Below, in pieces: positions 37,726-46,116 of a DNA stretch of 64,000 bases (the first letter of the stretch is position 1; the number at the start of each line of letters is the position of its first letter). The DNA is from a virus, in IMG/VR virus record IMGVR_UViG_3300008267_012518, one strand, 5' to 3'. The notes beneath the pieces are model-generated. The model was given only the letters and a program-made list of their open reading frames with translations, was not told the DNA's origin and did no database searches. The position numbers and the translations under genes were made by a program.

Positions 37726-38835
37726 TTAATTTAATCTATCTACTGCAAACTGCAGATTTCCTCTAACCCTATCATAATAATGATGTGGTATTTTATTCTC
37801 TGTAAGTAATTGTTCACACGCTTTTTTGGATTCCTCGAAATAACCTGAGTAATAAGATATGATTGAAAATTCGTCGAGTATACCGTAATCATAAATCCAA
37901 TCTTCGGAAAATAAACTATTTGATGGTTTAGTGATATTCAGAGCTTGTTTTCCGAAAATATATCCCATTTGATGTAGACCATGTATCCTACAATAATGTA
38001 ATAAATGATAAAGACACTCTGCTCTATTCGGGCAAGATTCGTGCCCCTTCAAATAATTAAAAATGATCTTTTCTGGTGGGTAATTCAACTCATTCATCAA
38101 ATTTCCTACGTTAACATAACTTATAAAAACTTCTTCATTCCAAAAACCCATTTCACCGCGCTTCAAATAGAATTCTAAAGATTCCTCACGTCTTTGAAGA
38201 TCTCTTAGTGATTGTGCAAGATAAAATGTATATCTCGATTTGAACCACAAATCCTCTGTTTCATCTATGGCTTGTTTCAAAAGTATAACATCTTGTTCGA
38301 ATTTATTACCACTCCTATTTCTATTGCTGTCTTGTATTGGTTGATTGTAAAAACCGTTAGCAGTTTTTCTTGTCTCAACTTCACCTGTTAGAAACTCATG
38401 AATAACACCCTCATACCGATAATTTTTTTTATTAGAACTAATTTGTGGTCTCACATAGGTTATACCACCCATTTTTGTGGTGATATCATATAAATCAACA
38501 TCCATAGTATTTTTAAATTCTGATACATCAAAATCCTCATCAAATATTAAAATTTCGTCAGCATCAATCATCAAAGCATAGTCTACATTTTGATGATCTC
38601 TCAATTTTTCCAATGCTAAACTTCTGTTGTGTGCAAAATTTTTCCAAGGTTCTGAATATACAAATCCAGGTATTTGATTTTTGGTTAGCCAGTTATTTAT
38701 AACTTCGGTTGTTTCATCTGTAGAACCAGTGTCTTGAATTATTACTGCGTCTATCAATGGCTTCACTGAATTCAAACATCGTTCCATGACGTGTGATTCA
38801 TTTTTTACAATCATGCATAAAGCTATTGTTTTCAT
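37726..38835 (-). CDS. GT2 glycosyltransferase with C-terminal TPR-like repeats
   Basis: LCMIVKNE, DTGSTD, NFAHNRS, IDADE, YEGVIHE; helical FYLAQS...GEMGFWNEE repeats. Confidence 0.9.
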   Translation of the reverse strand: MKTIALCMIVKNESHVMERCLNSVKPLIDAVIIQDTGSTDETTEVINNWLTKNQIPGFVYSEPWKNFAHNRSLALEKLRDHQNVDYALMIDADEILIFDEDFDVSEFKNTMDVDLYDITTKMGGITYVRPQISSNKKNYRYEGVIHEFLTGEVETRKTANGFYNQPIQDSNRNRSGNKFEQDVILLKQAIDETEDLWFKSRYTFYLAQSLRDLQRREESLEFYLKRGEMGFWNEEVFISYVNVGNLMNELNYPPEKIIFNYLKGHESCPNRAECLYHLLHYCRIHGLHQMGYIFGKQALNITKPSNSLFSEDWIYDYGILDEFSIISYYSGYFEESKKACEQLLTENKIPHHYYDRVRGNLQFAVDRLN

Positions 38836-38856
38836 TCAGATATTTTTTTATATTTG
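38825..38856 (+). promoter_or_regulatory. Bacteroidota-type promoter (ligase)
   Basis: ATTG-N20-TATATTTG; 4 nt to ATG at 38861. Confidence 0.7.
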
Positions 38857-38860
38857 TAGT

Positions 38861-39487
38861 ATGATTAAATATCAAAGTTTCCAATATATTTATCCACCTA
38901 GACCCAAAAACCCCATACCTTCTACTGATTTGAATATTTGGGATAATGGTATGATGTTGGCTCAACCTAAAATCAATGGATCAAATTGTACCATCTATAC
39001 AAATGGTAAAGATATTTATGTTTATAATCGTCATGGACAAAGACTTACTGGTTTTGATATTCCCAAAGAAGAAATATTGAATTTATATCGCGGTAACGGG
39101 TGGTGGGTTTTGAATGGTGAGTATACAAATAAATCTAAACAAAATGAAAATGGAAGTGTTTTTTCACACAAATTCTGTTTGTTTGATATTCTTGTTAAAA
39201 ATGGTGAGTATTTAATTGGTACAACATTTCAACAAAGAGTGGATATGATGTTAGAACTTTATGGTAGTCCCAAAGATTACATTAGTCAAATAACTGAAAA
39301 TACTTTCGTTATCAAATCTTTCTATAATGATTTCACCACAATATTCAATGACTTATCAAAAATTGATATGATTGAGGGTTTAGTTCTAAAAAGAAAGTCA
39401 GCTAAACTTGAAACTGGGACGAGTGAAAACAATAATTCAAAAAGTCAGATCAAATCTAGGAAAGCTACAAAAAATTATAAGTATTAA
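38861..39487 (+). CDS. ATP-dependent ligase, nucleotidyltransferase domain only
   Basis: Motifs I QPKINGS, Ia NRHG, III LNGE, IIIa FDIL, IV IEGLVLK, V QIKSRK; ends with no OB domain; ATG at 38861 chosen because of the upstream promoter. Confidence 0.8.
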   Translation: MIKYQSFQYIYPPRPKNPIPSTDLNIWDNGMMLAQPKINGSNCTIYTNGKDIYVYNRHGQRLTGFDIPKEEILNLYRGNGWWVLNGEYTNKSKQNENGSVFSHKFCLFDILVKNGEYLIGTTFQQRVDMMLELYGSPKDYISQITENTFVIKSFYNDFTTIFNDLSKIDMIEGLVLKRKSAKLETGTSENNNSKSQIKSRKATKNYKY

Positions 39488-40059
39488 TTGAATTTAGCTC
39501 TGGTTTCCCAAAAATCAAATGGTATGATTTTATCAAGTATTTCATCAGAAAATCCATAAAATTTATATACGTTATCCCCAAGATCTTCAAGGAATATATC
39601 CAAAACCTCTGGTTGTCCTGGAGTCAAAAAGAAAACTCTTTCTTCCCTATCATAATACATAAATAGTGGATAGGTTTCATCAAGATAAGTCACATCTAAA
39701 TCTAAAACCACATAGTCTTGTTGAAAATGTTTCGACCTGACTAGGACTGTGAACGGTCCTTTCATAAAATTTTTATTCAGATCCATGTCACTAAAGAAAT
39801 AGTCTGTATCATCTTGTTTGGTTGATAATTTATCTAAGTCCAAGGCAAAATAATCATCGATGTCTACTAATTCTTCGTATAATAGTATTTTACTTTCGTC
39901 GATTTTAAAATCTTTTATCTTACCCTTTGAAGATAAAAATTTCAATATATCTAATACTTTGTCTAACTCTATACCAGTTTCTTGTGATATAAATTCCGGG
40001 TCTTGAGAAGTATCCATCCACAGAGAATGTATTGTGTCTATTTCGTCATTCTTAAACAT
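39484..40059 (-). CDS. Hypothetical acidic protein with N-terminal HTH-like segment
   Basis: PEFISQETGIELDKVLDILKFL; AATATATA 4 nt upstream. Confidence 0.6.
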   Translation of the reverse strand: MFKNDEIDTIHSLWMDTSQDPEFISQETGIELDKVLDILKFLSSKGKIKDFKIDESKILLYEELVDIDDYFALDLDKLSTKQDDTDYFFSDMDLNKNFMKGPFTVLVRSKHFQQDYVVLDLDVTYLDETYPLFMYYDREERVFFLTPGQPEVLDIFLEDLGDNVYKFYGFSDEILDKIIPFDFWETRAKFN

Positions 40060-40061
40060 AG

Positions 40062-40101
40062 ATTATATATTATTTTCAGCAGACTAAAAATAATATATAA
40101 A
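40062..40101. promoter_or_regulatory. Back-to-back inverted AATATATA promoters
   Basis: TTATATATTATTTT ... AAAATAATATATAA inverted repeat between the divergent genes 39484..40059 and 40118..40678. Confidence 0.7.
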
Positions 40102-40117
40102 TAAATCGGAGTAAAAA

Positions 40118-40678
40118 ATGGAAAAGTTTTCTAAGATAAAACCAAAAGAAAAATTACAAAAAGAAGAAGTCTTATTTAAGGGAGATGATTTCAAGGTCGT
40201 TCAGTTTGAAGAGTGGCCTATTATTGAAAAAAGAGATTTTGTGATTTGTATTCCGTATTTATTAGAAGAAAATAAATTTATAATACGTGAAGAATATATC
40301 CCATCATATAAATATAAGGAGGGCCAACAAATGCATTTAGCTTGTGTTGGGGGTCGTATCGAAAAGGGTGAAACACCAGAAGAGGCTTTAATAAGAGAAT
40401 TGCAAGAAGAAGCTGGTATTGTTTTAAGAGACGATATCAAAATTGAATTTGACAAACCCCTTTTTGTTGGCAAAGACTCAACTCAGAAATTCTACCCTTG
40501 TGTTCTACCCTTAATGTCAAAAGACTATGATGAAATCACAATCCATGGTGATGGTAGTTTACTTGAGAAAATGAGTAATACCGCAAAAGTCGATAAAAGA
40601 TATGTTCAATCTATGATACCATCAGATGTTGTAACTGAGTTTATGATGATGAAACTCAAGTCTTTCCTAAACCTGTAA
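40118..40678 (+). CDS. Nudix hydrolase
   Basis: Nudix box GGRIEKGETPEEALIRELQEEAG. Confidence 0.92.
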   Translation: MEKFSKIKPKEKLQKEEVLFKGDDFKVVQFEEWPIIEKRDFVICIPYLLEENKFIIREEYIPSYKYKEGQQMHLACVGGRIEKGETPEEALIRELQEEAGIVLRDDIKIEFDKPLFVGKDSTQKFYPCVLPLMSKDYDEITIHGDGSLLEKMSNTAKVDKRYVQSMIPSDVVTEFMMMKLKSFLNL

Positions 40679-42041
40679 TTGGTTCTCTACCCTTTTTTTC
40701 AATACCATTGATTGCCATTGACTTAACGTCGTTATTAAATTGATTATGGTCCGCATCTTCCATATAATCTATATGAACTCGCAATCTATTATCATCAAGG
40801 TAATTATTTGAAATGTATTCGTGAATGATATATCCCATCCACTCATCTTCACCTTCATATCTTTCTAACCAATCTATATTAAATTTCATAGTCAAATAAG
40901 GCGTTCCATCTTTCCATTCAGTTTTGGTGACTTTGGTTTGTAGTTGTTCTTTTATAACATCTTCAAGTGATGACACAATTTCATCTTGGAGTATATCAAC
41001 TGTTGCACTTACTCCCATATCAGTCCACATAGACCTGATATCGCTAATATAATCGGAGTCAATCTCATCTAATAGTTTTCCAATATTGACTAATCCCACT
41101 TTTTGAACTCTTTCTATTAGTTGTTCTTTTGTGGTAATACCAACACCTTTTAGTGTTTCATATTCATCCTCATCTACCTCTTTAATTTGTTCAAAATCAT
41201 CAACTAATAAATCAACTAATAATTTTACTGTATCTACATTAAGATGGTATTGGAATAATGTCTCTACGCTTACTTGATCTGAATAATCCCAATATCTTTC
41301 CCAGAGAGCATCAAAACCATTTTTATCTGTTAGTATGTTATAATACTCATCTTTATGAGAAATTAACCACTCAGCGTATTTTTCTGCAGGATAAGTTAAA
41401 TAAGCTTGTTCTTTATCATCATAAGTTATATCCACTTTATCGTCCAAATTATGATATTCGATAATCATTTTATCTGTGAGGTAAACTGGCTTGTACCAAA
41501 TCAGATTAATGTTCAATTCTGAAATTGTCATGATATCATCTGGTTCTAATTCATAATCAAGACCACCTTTTATTGTAATGTCCTTTAGATTTAAAGAACC
41601 TTCATCATCATAAAATTCTATATTTTTGAATTTAGGTTTAACCCTTTTCACAAATGAAGTAAGCACATAAGTTAAATCCTCATCAGATACTTGGTTTGGT
41701 TCAGATCCCCTTGATATTTTTGGGAAAATTTCCACCCTTATACAAGGTGTCAATTCCCTTTTGTTTCCTGGAACTGCCAAATTTTTAGGACCTTCATCTT
41801 TATTTGACTCATCTATGAATGAATAGAATATGTTGATATCATATCCACCTTCTTCTAACTCGAATAATAAATCCTCAATTTCTTCTAAGGATATTGGCCA
41901 AAATTTTTGATCACTTTCTGGTCCACCTCCCACTCTCCTTCCATATTTCAATTCTGGTCGTTCCCATCTAGTACCAGTGAAAAGGTCTAGTTGTTTTTCT
42001 TGTAACAAAAAAGTTTTCCAATCTTTGAGATGATTTGACAT
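40656..42041 (-). CDS. Hypothetical acidic protein, putative internal head protein
   Basis: MSNHLKDWKTFLLQE leader; 14 nt downstream of 42056..42688. Confidence 0.55.
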   Translation of the reverse strand: MSNHLKDWKTFLLQEKQLDLFTGTRWERPELKYGRRVGGGPESDQKFWPISLEEIEDLLFELEEGGYDINIFYSFIDESNKDEGPKNLAVPGNKRELTPCIRVEIFPKISRGSEPNQVSDEDLTYVLTSFVKRVKPKFKNIEFYDDEGSLNLKDITIKGGLDYELEPDDIMTISELNINLIWYKPVYLTDKMIIEYHNLDDKVDITYDDKEQAYLTYPAEKYAEWLISHKDEYYNILTDKNGFDALWERYWDYSDQVSVETLFQYHLNVDTVKLLVDLLVDDFEQIKEVDEDEYETLKGVGITTKEQLIERVQKVGLVNIGKLLDEIDSDYISDIRSMWTDMGVSATVDILQDEIVSSLEDVIKEQLQTKVTKTEWKDGTPYLTMKFNIDWLERYEGEDEWMGYIIHEYISNNYLDDNRLRVHIDYMEDADHNQFNNDVKSMAINGIEKKGREPITGLGKT

Positions 42042-42055
42042 AGAAGAATTTTTTT

Positions 42056-42688
42056 TTATTCAGGACTCCAAGAACCATCCCTACCACTTTTTTGGAAACC
42101 GGTTCTTCTTATTATCACTTCAAATTCATTCACTTCATATCTGTCTTTCCCTGCTTCTAATTTATTATAAAATCCATTTAACCTTTCTGCTTTGGATAGT
42201 GTGGATTTTAGTGGGCTAACATTTAATCTTTTTACTCTTTCACCCAGTGATTTTGTGTATTTTACAAAACTATCAAGGGTATCATCGTATTTATAGATTT
42301 TTATTTTATATTCGTACTGACTACTATAAACTATAAATGAATAATCATCATCAATAATATCTAAAAAAATATCTTCTATTTCAGCAACTGTGGGGAAAGC
42401 ACTTCTTTCCTCTCTTATCATAGTATAAACTTGGAACATATTGTCTCTGAATTCGAGACTACCTTTATTGACCTCTCCATAAAGTTTCTGTGTGGCTTCC
42501 TTATACTCATCATATCCACTTTCATAAAAGTTAAATAAATTATGAGTTTCTGGATTATTAAAAAAAAGATTTGATATTGATTTTGTTGGTTTGGAATCTT
42601 CAGAGAAATAATAAACAATTTCCATTGCCATTTCCTCTGTGAACCTACCACCAGTGTTTTCATTAAATTTTTTCCACCCCTTTATCAT
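42056..42688 (-). CDS. Hypothetical protein, putative internal head protein
   Basis: MIKGWKKFNE leader; AATATATA 5 nt upstream. Confidence 0.55.
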   Translation of the reverse strand: MIKGWKKFNENTGGRFTEEMAMEIVYYFSEDSKPTKSISNLFFNNPETHNLFNFYESGYDEYKEATQKLYGEVNKGSLEFRDNMFQVYTMIREERSAFPTVAEIEDIFLDIIDDDYSFIVYSSQYEYKIKIYKYDDTLDSFVKYTKSLGERVKRLNVSPLKSTLSKAERLNGFYNKLEAGKDRYEVNEFEVIIRRTGFQKSGRDGSWSPE

Positions 42689-42714
42689 AAGGGTATATAT
42701 TAAGATGGATAATT

Positions 42715-43143
42715 TTAATTTCTGCCGTCAAAAATAACCACCATTGAATCGTGCATTCCTGGTTTATCACTTACCCACTCACCCTTAGTATTTACACCAG
42801 AAAATTTAACCCTACCTTTAATAAATCTAATGTCTGTCTGATTTGGTAATATCCATTCATGAAATAATTTAGTTGATGTAGAAACTGGTAGTAACATTAC
42901 ACAAAGTTTACCTTTCTTAGATTCCTCAATTGCTTTTACCACAAATGATTCTTTCAATTTCTGTGAATATGGTGGGTTAATAAAATTTCTTTGACCCCAA
43001 TCAATTTTCAACCCATCCCACTTATTTATATCATGTTGGAATGGACAAGGATCAAAATCAAAATTAAATTCTTTATCAAGTTCAGTATAAAAAGATGTGG
43101 GTGTTGCCCAATCGTCTTTATGATCAAGATTTCGGTTCTTCAT
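42715..43143 (-). CDS. Phage DNA N6-adenine methyltransferase (small Dam-like family)
   Basis: DDWATP, FDPC, FINPPY, MLLP, RFIKGRVKF. Confidence 0.88.
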   Translation of the reverse strand: MKNRNLDHKDDWATPTSFYTELDKEFNFDFDPCPFQHDINKWDGLKIDWGQRNFINPPYSQKLKESFVVKAIEESKKGKLCVMLLPVSTSTKLFHEWILPNQTDIRFIKGRVKFSGVNTKGEWVSDKPGMHDSMVVIFDGRN

Positions 43144-43148
43144 TTAAT

Positions 43149-43562
43149 TTATATGTAAGAAGCATCAAAAGTTACTTCACTTGAAACTCTCGGAAATTCC
43201 TTACCTCTCTGAATTAAATTTCTTTCAAATTTAGTAGGTTTAAATAAGTCAATAATAAACTTTTCAGCTTTTTCAACATCAAATGGTTTACAAGAAAACA
43301 TATCAATGAATGTATAACCTTTATCTTCGAAGGAATGTATTGATAGATGACTTTCCGCGATAATTACAATGCCTGTAATCCCTTTATCTTCGGGTACTAA
43401 ACCGGAATATGGAAAAACGTATGGTTGTGTAATTGGTGTCATACCAATCATTTCAGGCAATTCTTTTAATAAATTAAAATGTAAATTATAATCTTGTAAT
43501 ACTTCTTTTGGACATCCAATTAAATCAAGTGTAAGGTGTGGTCCAAATGGTTCGTTTGTCAT
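43149..43562 (-). CDS. speD: S-adenosylmethionine decarboxylase proenzyme (pyruvoyl-dependent)
   Basis: GPHLTLDL, autocleavage site IAESHLSIH, DMFSC. Confidence 0.9.
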   Translation of the reverse strand: MTNEPFGPHLTLDLIGCPKEVLQDYNLHFNLLKELPEMIGMTPITQPYVFPYSGLVPEDKGITGIVIIAESHLSIHSFEDKGYTFIDMFSCKPFDVEKAEKFIIDLFKPTKFERNLIQRGKEFPRVSSEVTFDASYI

Positions 43563-43661
43563 CTATTTATGAATTATTTTTAAAAAAGTATATATTCATG
43601 TGAGGTTCTTTGTTTGTAAAATTTTTCCAAATTAACATTTTTTCAAAAAAACGAAACTTTA

Positions 43662-43693
43662 TTTGGCATTTCATTAATAAAGTATTATCTTTG
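43662..43693 (+). promoter_or_regulatory. Bacteroidota-type promoter (zinc peptidase)
   Basis: TTTG-N20-TATCTTTG; 36-nt leader to ATG at 43730. Confidence 0.78.
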
Positions 43694-43729
43694 TATTAAG
43701 AAAAGGAACGCACATTTTAAAACCAAAAT

Positions 43730-44908
43730 ATGATGGATATAAAAAGAAAATTTTTGAAACTAACTAAACGAACCTACCCTTATGGAACAGAGGGACAATT
43801 GGCCTCACATCTGCCACAAGGATATTTTAAGGATACTCATGGAAACTACTATTATAAAATAGGTAATTCGAGGACCGCTTTCACTTGTCACTTGGATACT
43901 GCTTGTAAAACTCAAGTTACTGTTAACCACAAGTTTGATAAAAACATCATTTCAACTGATGGGAAATCTATTCTTGGTGCTGATGATAAAGCCGGTATGA
44001 CAGTTATTCTTTATATGATTGAAAAAAGAATTCCTGGTTTATATTGTTTCTTCATAGGTGAAGAAGTTGGTTGTATTGGTTCGGGTAAGGCTTGTGATGA
44101 TGATGTATTTAAAAACTATGATAGGATGGTGTCCTTCGATAGAAGGGGTACAAAATCAATAATCACATACCAATCTTCAAAAAGGTGTTGTTCTGACGAA
44201 TTCGCTACTGAACTTTCAAATCAATTGAACAGACACGGAATGAGTATGGAACCAGATGATACTGGTGTGTATACAGATTCGGCTGAGTTTGTTCACGTAA
44301 TTCCTGAATGTACTAACATATCGGTTGGATATTATAAAGAACATACCTACTTTGAACATCAAGATATTGACCATTTGGTCAAACTGTGTGTCGCAGTAAC
44401 CAAAATCGATTGGGAAATTCTTCCGACCAAAAGGGATCCAAATAAAATTGATTATAAATCTTACTCATATAAATCCTATGGATATTCCACATATGATAAG
44501 GAGTATAAGAAATCCGAAAGTGGATATAGTACTTATGATTCTTGGTCAGGTTGGGATAAGTCACCAGCTAGATCTAGAAGAAAAAAGTATCAAAAGACCT
44601 ATGGATACTATGATGATTTTTATTTGGAAAATGACGACCACTTTGTTCCATCAGTTGATGTGACAAAACCAGGTAAAGTTTATGTGAATGATTTGGATAA
44701 TGACTTTAGTGAAGAATACTATCATAGAAATTATGATCATTATTCAAAAGAATGTGGTAATAAATATGAATCTTTAAAACAAGAATTGTTCAAAGATAAT
44801 TTTACTCAGCAAGAAAAAAACATAATCAAAGAACAATACTTGGATACTTCGACAGATTATGACGAAGCTTTCGTATATGAATTTATGAAGGATGATTTTC
44901 CTTTCTGA
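43730..44908 (+). CDS. M28/M20-like zinc peptidase with Tyr-rich tail
   Basis: CHLDTA, GADDKAG, GEEVG, FDRRG, YTDSAE, EHT; low-complexity Y/S/D C-terminal third. Confidence 0.8.
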   Translation: MMDIKRKFLKLTKRTYPYGTEGQLASHLPQGYFKDTHGNYYYKIGNSRTAFTCHLDTACKTQVTVNHKFDKNIISTDGKSILGADDKAGMTVILYMIEKRIPGLYCFFIGEEVGCIGSGKACDDDVFKNYDRMVSFDRRGTKSIITYQSSKRCCSDEFATELSNQLNRHGMSMEPDDTGVYTDSAEFVHVIPECTNISVGYYKEHTYFEHQDIDHLVKLCVAVTKIDWEILPTKRDPNKIDYKSYSYKSYGYSTYDKEYKKSESGYSTYDSWSGWDKSPARSRRKKYQKTYGYYDDFYLENDDHFVPSVDVTKPGKVYVNDLDNDFSEEYYHRNYDHYSKECGNKYESLKQELFKDNFTQQEKNIIKEQYLDTSTDYDEAFVYEFMKDDFPF

Positions 44909-45110
44909 AAATAGATATTATGTCAGATTTTTTTAATAACTCGTCTGGGGCATTTTGTATTTTTGAACCCGCAACCTTATGTGTTATTAAATATTTTCTA
45001 CCCTTTTTCTCTAATATCTTTACTGGTGTGACCATATTGTTATACCAGTATTCAATCAGAACAACATCACCTTCCTGAAAAAAAAGTTTGTACTCTAAAA
45101 TGAATTTCAT
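44883..45110 (-). CDS. Small SH3/KOW-like protein
   Basis: MKFILEYKLFFQEGDVVLIEY...VKILEKKGRKYLI; ATG at 45110 has AATATATA 5 nt upstream. Confidence 0.6.
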   Translation of the reverse strand: MKFILEYKLFFQEGDVVLIEYWYNNMVTPVKILEKKGRKYLITHKVAGSKIQNAPDELLKKSDIISIFRKENHPS

Positions 45111-45133
45111 ACCTTTATATATTAATTTAGAAT

Positions 45134-46114
45134 ATGTCACAGAAATCCATCAAAGTATCAAAAAATCTGTATGTCGATCAAGAATTTTTTCAATTTTTAT
45201 TGAATAATGAAAGTATTATATCTACTTTACTTATCAATCTTGATCTTGGTCAACAAATGAATTATTTATCACCAACAGGAGTGTCTGATAAAGTATCATA
45301 TTTACCTATGGATAAATTCTCTGATAACTATGATTTTGACCCCTATGCTAAGGGTGTTGGTAGAGTCACACTCAAAATAGGTAGATTTATCAATAAATTT
45401 TTATCTGATGAAATTATTAAAAGATTTAGTATTACCAAATCCCATGTTGAGAAATTTGTTAATTTATATAAATCTTGGTTTGATAACACTAAGTATGTAT
45501 TGAAAGTTGTTGATGGGGAAGAAATAAAAAAATGGTATAATCAAATATACTATTTTACTGTAAATGGTAATCAACTTGGTACCTTGTGGAACTCATGTAT
45601 GAGATATGAAAATCGAATTAAGTTTTTAGATTTGTATTGTAAAAATCCAAACATAAAGATGTTGGTCATGTTACAACAAGTAGATGATGAGTGGTATGTT
45701 AGAAGTAGAGCACTTCTTTGGGAAGATGTTGATGTGACAAAGGATTTTTCAAATACATTACCAGAAAAAATTAAAGTTATGGATAGAATTTACTCGGTCT
45801 TTGACTCTGATGTTAATACATTCAAAAAGTGGGCGAATGAAAATGGTTACATACCCAAGTTTGAACAAAATGCTAAATCACATCAATTTTTCGACATCAA
45901 GGGGGAAGTCGTTAGATTAAGGTGTGTGGTTAAATTAGATAATTCTAACTTGAATTACTATCCATATTTGGATACATTTCCATTTTTCAATTGGGTTGAT
46001 AAACAAATCTCAAATGATGAATTTGGATTTAGTTGGGATTATAAATTGGTTCAAGCCGATGGAACTTTGGAAAGACAAACACATGAAGAGGAGAATGACG
46101 AAGATACTTGGTAA
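45134..46114 (+). CDS. Hypothetical protein with SCMR / RALLW / MDRIY motifs
   Basis: GTLWNSCMRY, RSRALLWE, MDRIYS, YPYLDTF look like an enzyme-type motif set; function unknown. Confidence 0.65.
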   Translation: MSQKSIKVSKNLYVDQEFFQFLLNNESIISTLLINLDLGQQMNYLSPTGVSDKVSYLPMDKFSDNYDFDPYAKGVGRVTLKIGRFINKFLSDEIIKRFSITKSHVEKFVNLYKSWFDNTKYVLKVVDGEEIKKWYNQIYYFTVNGNQLGTLWNSCMRYENRIKFLDLYCKNPNIKMLVMLQQVDDEWYVRSRALLWEDVDVTKDFSNTLPEKIKVMDRIYSVFDSDVNTFKKWANENGYIPKFEQNAKSHQFFDIKGEVVRLRCVVKLDNSNLNYYPYLDTFPFFNWVDKQISNDEFGFSWDYKLVQADGTLERQTHEEENDEDTW

Positions 46115-46116
46115 GA

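Noticed and set aside
23265-45140. Longer starts in the ORF track (23265, 31087, 32247, 38786, 45140)
   Set aside because: They create overlaps or use TTG. Downstream ATGs (23322, 31072, 32274, 38861, 45110) fit gene spacing or promoter position better.
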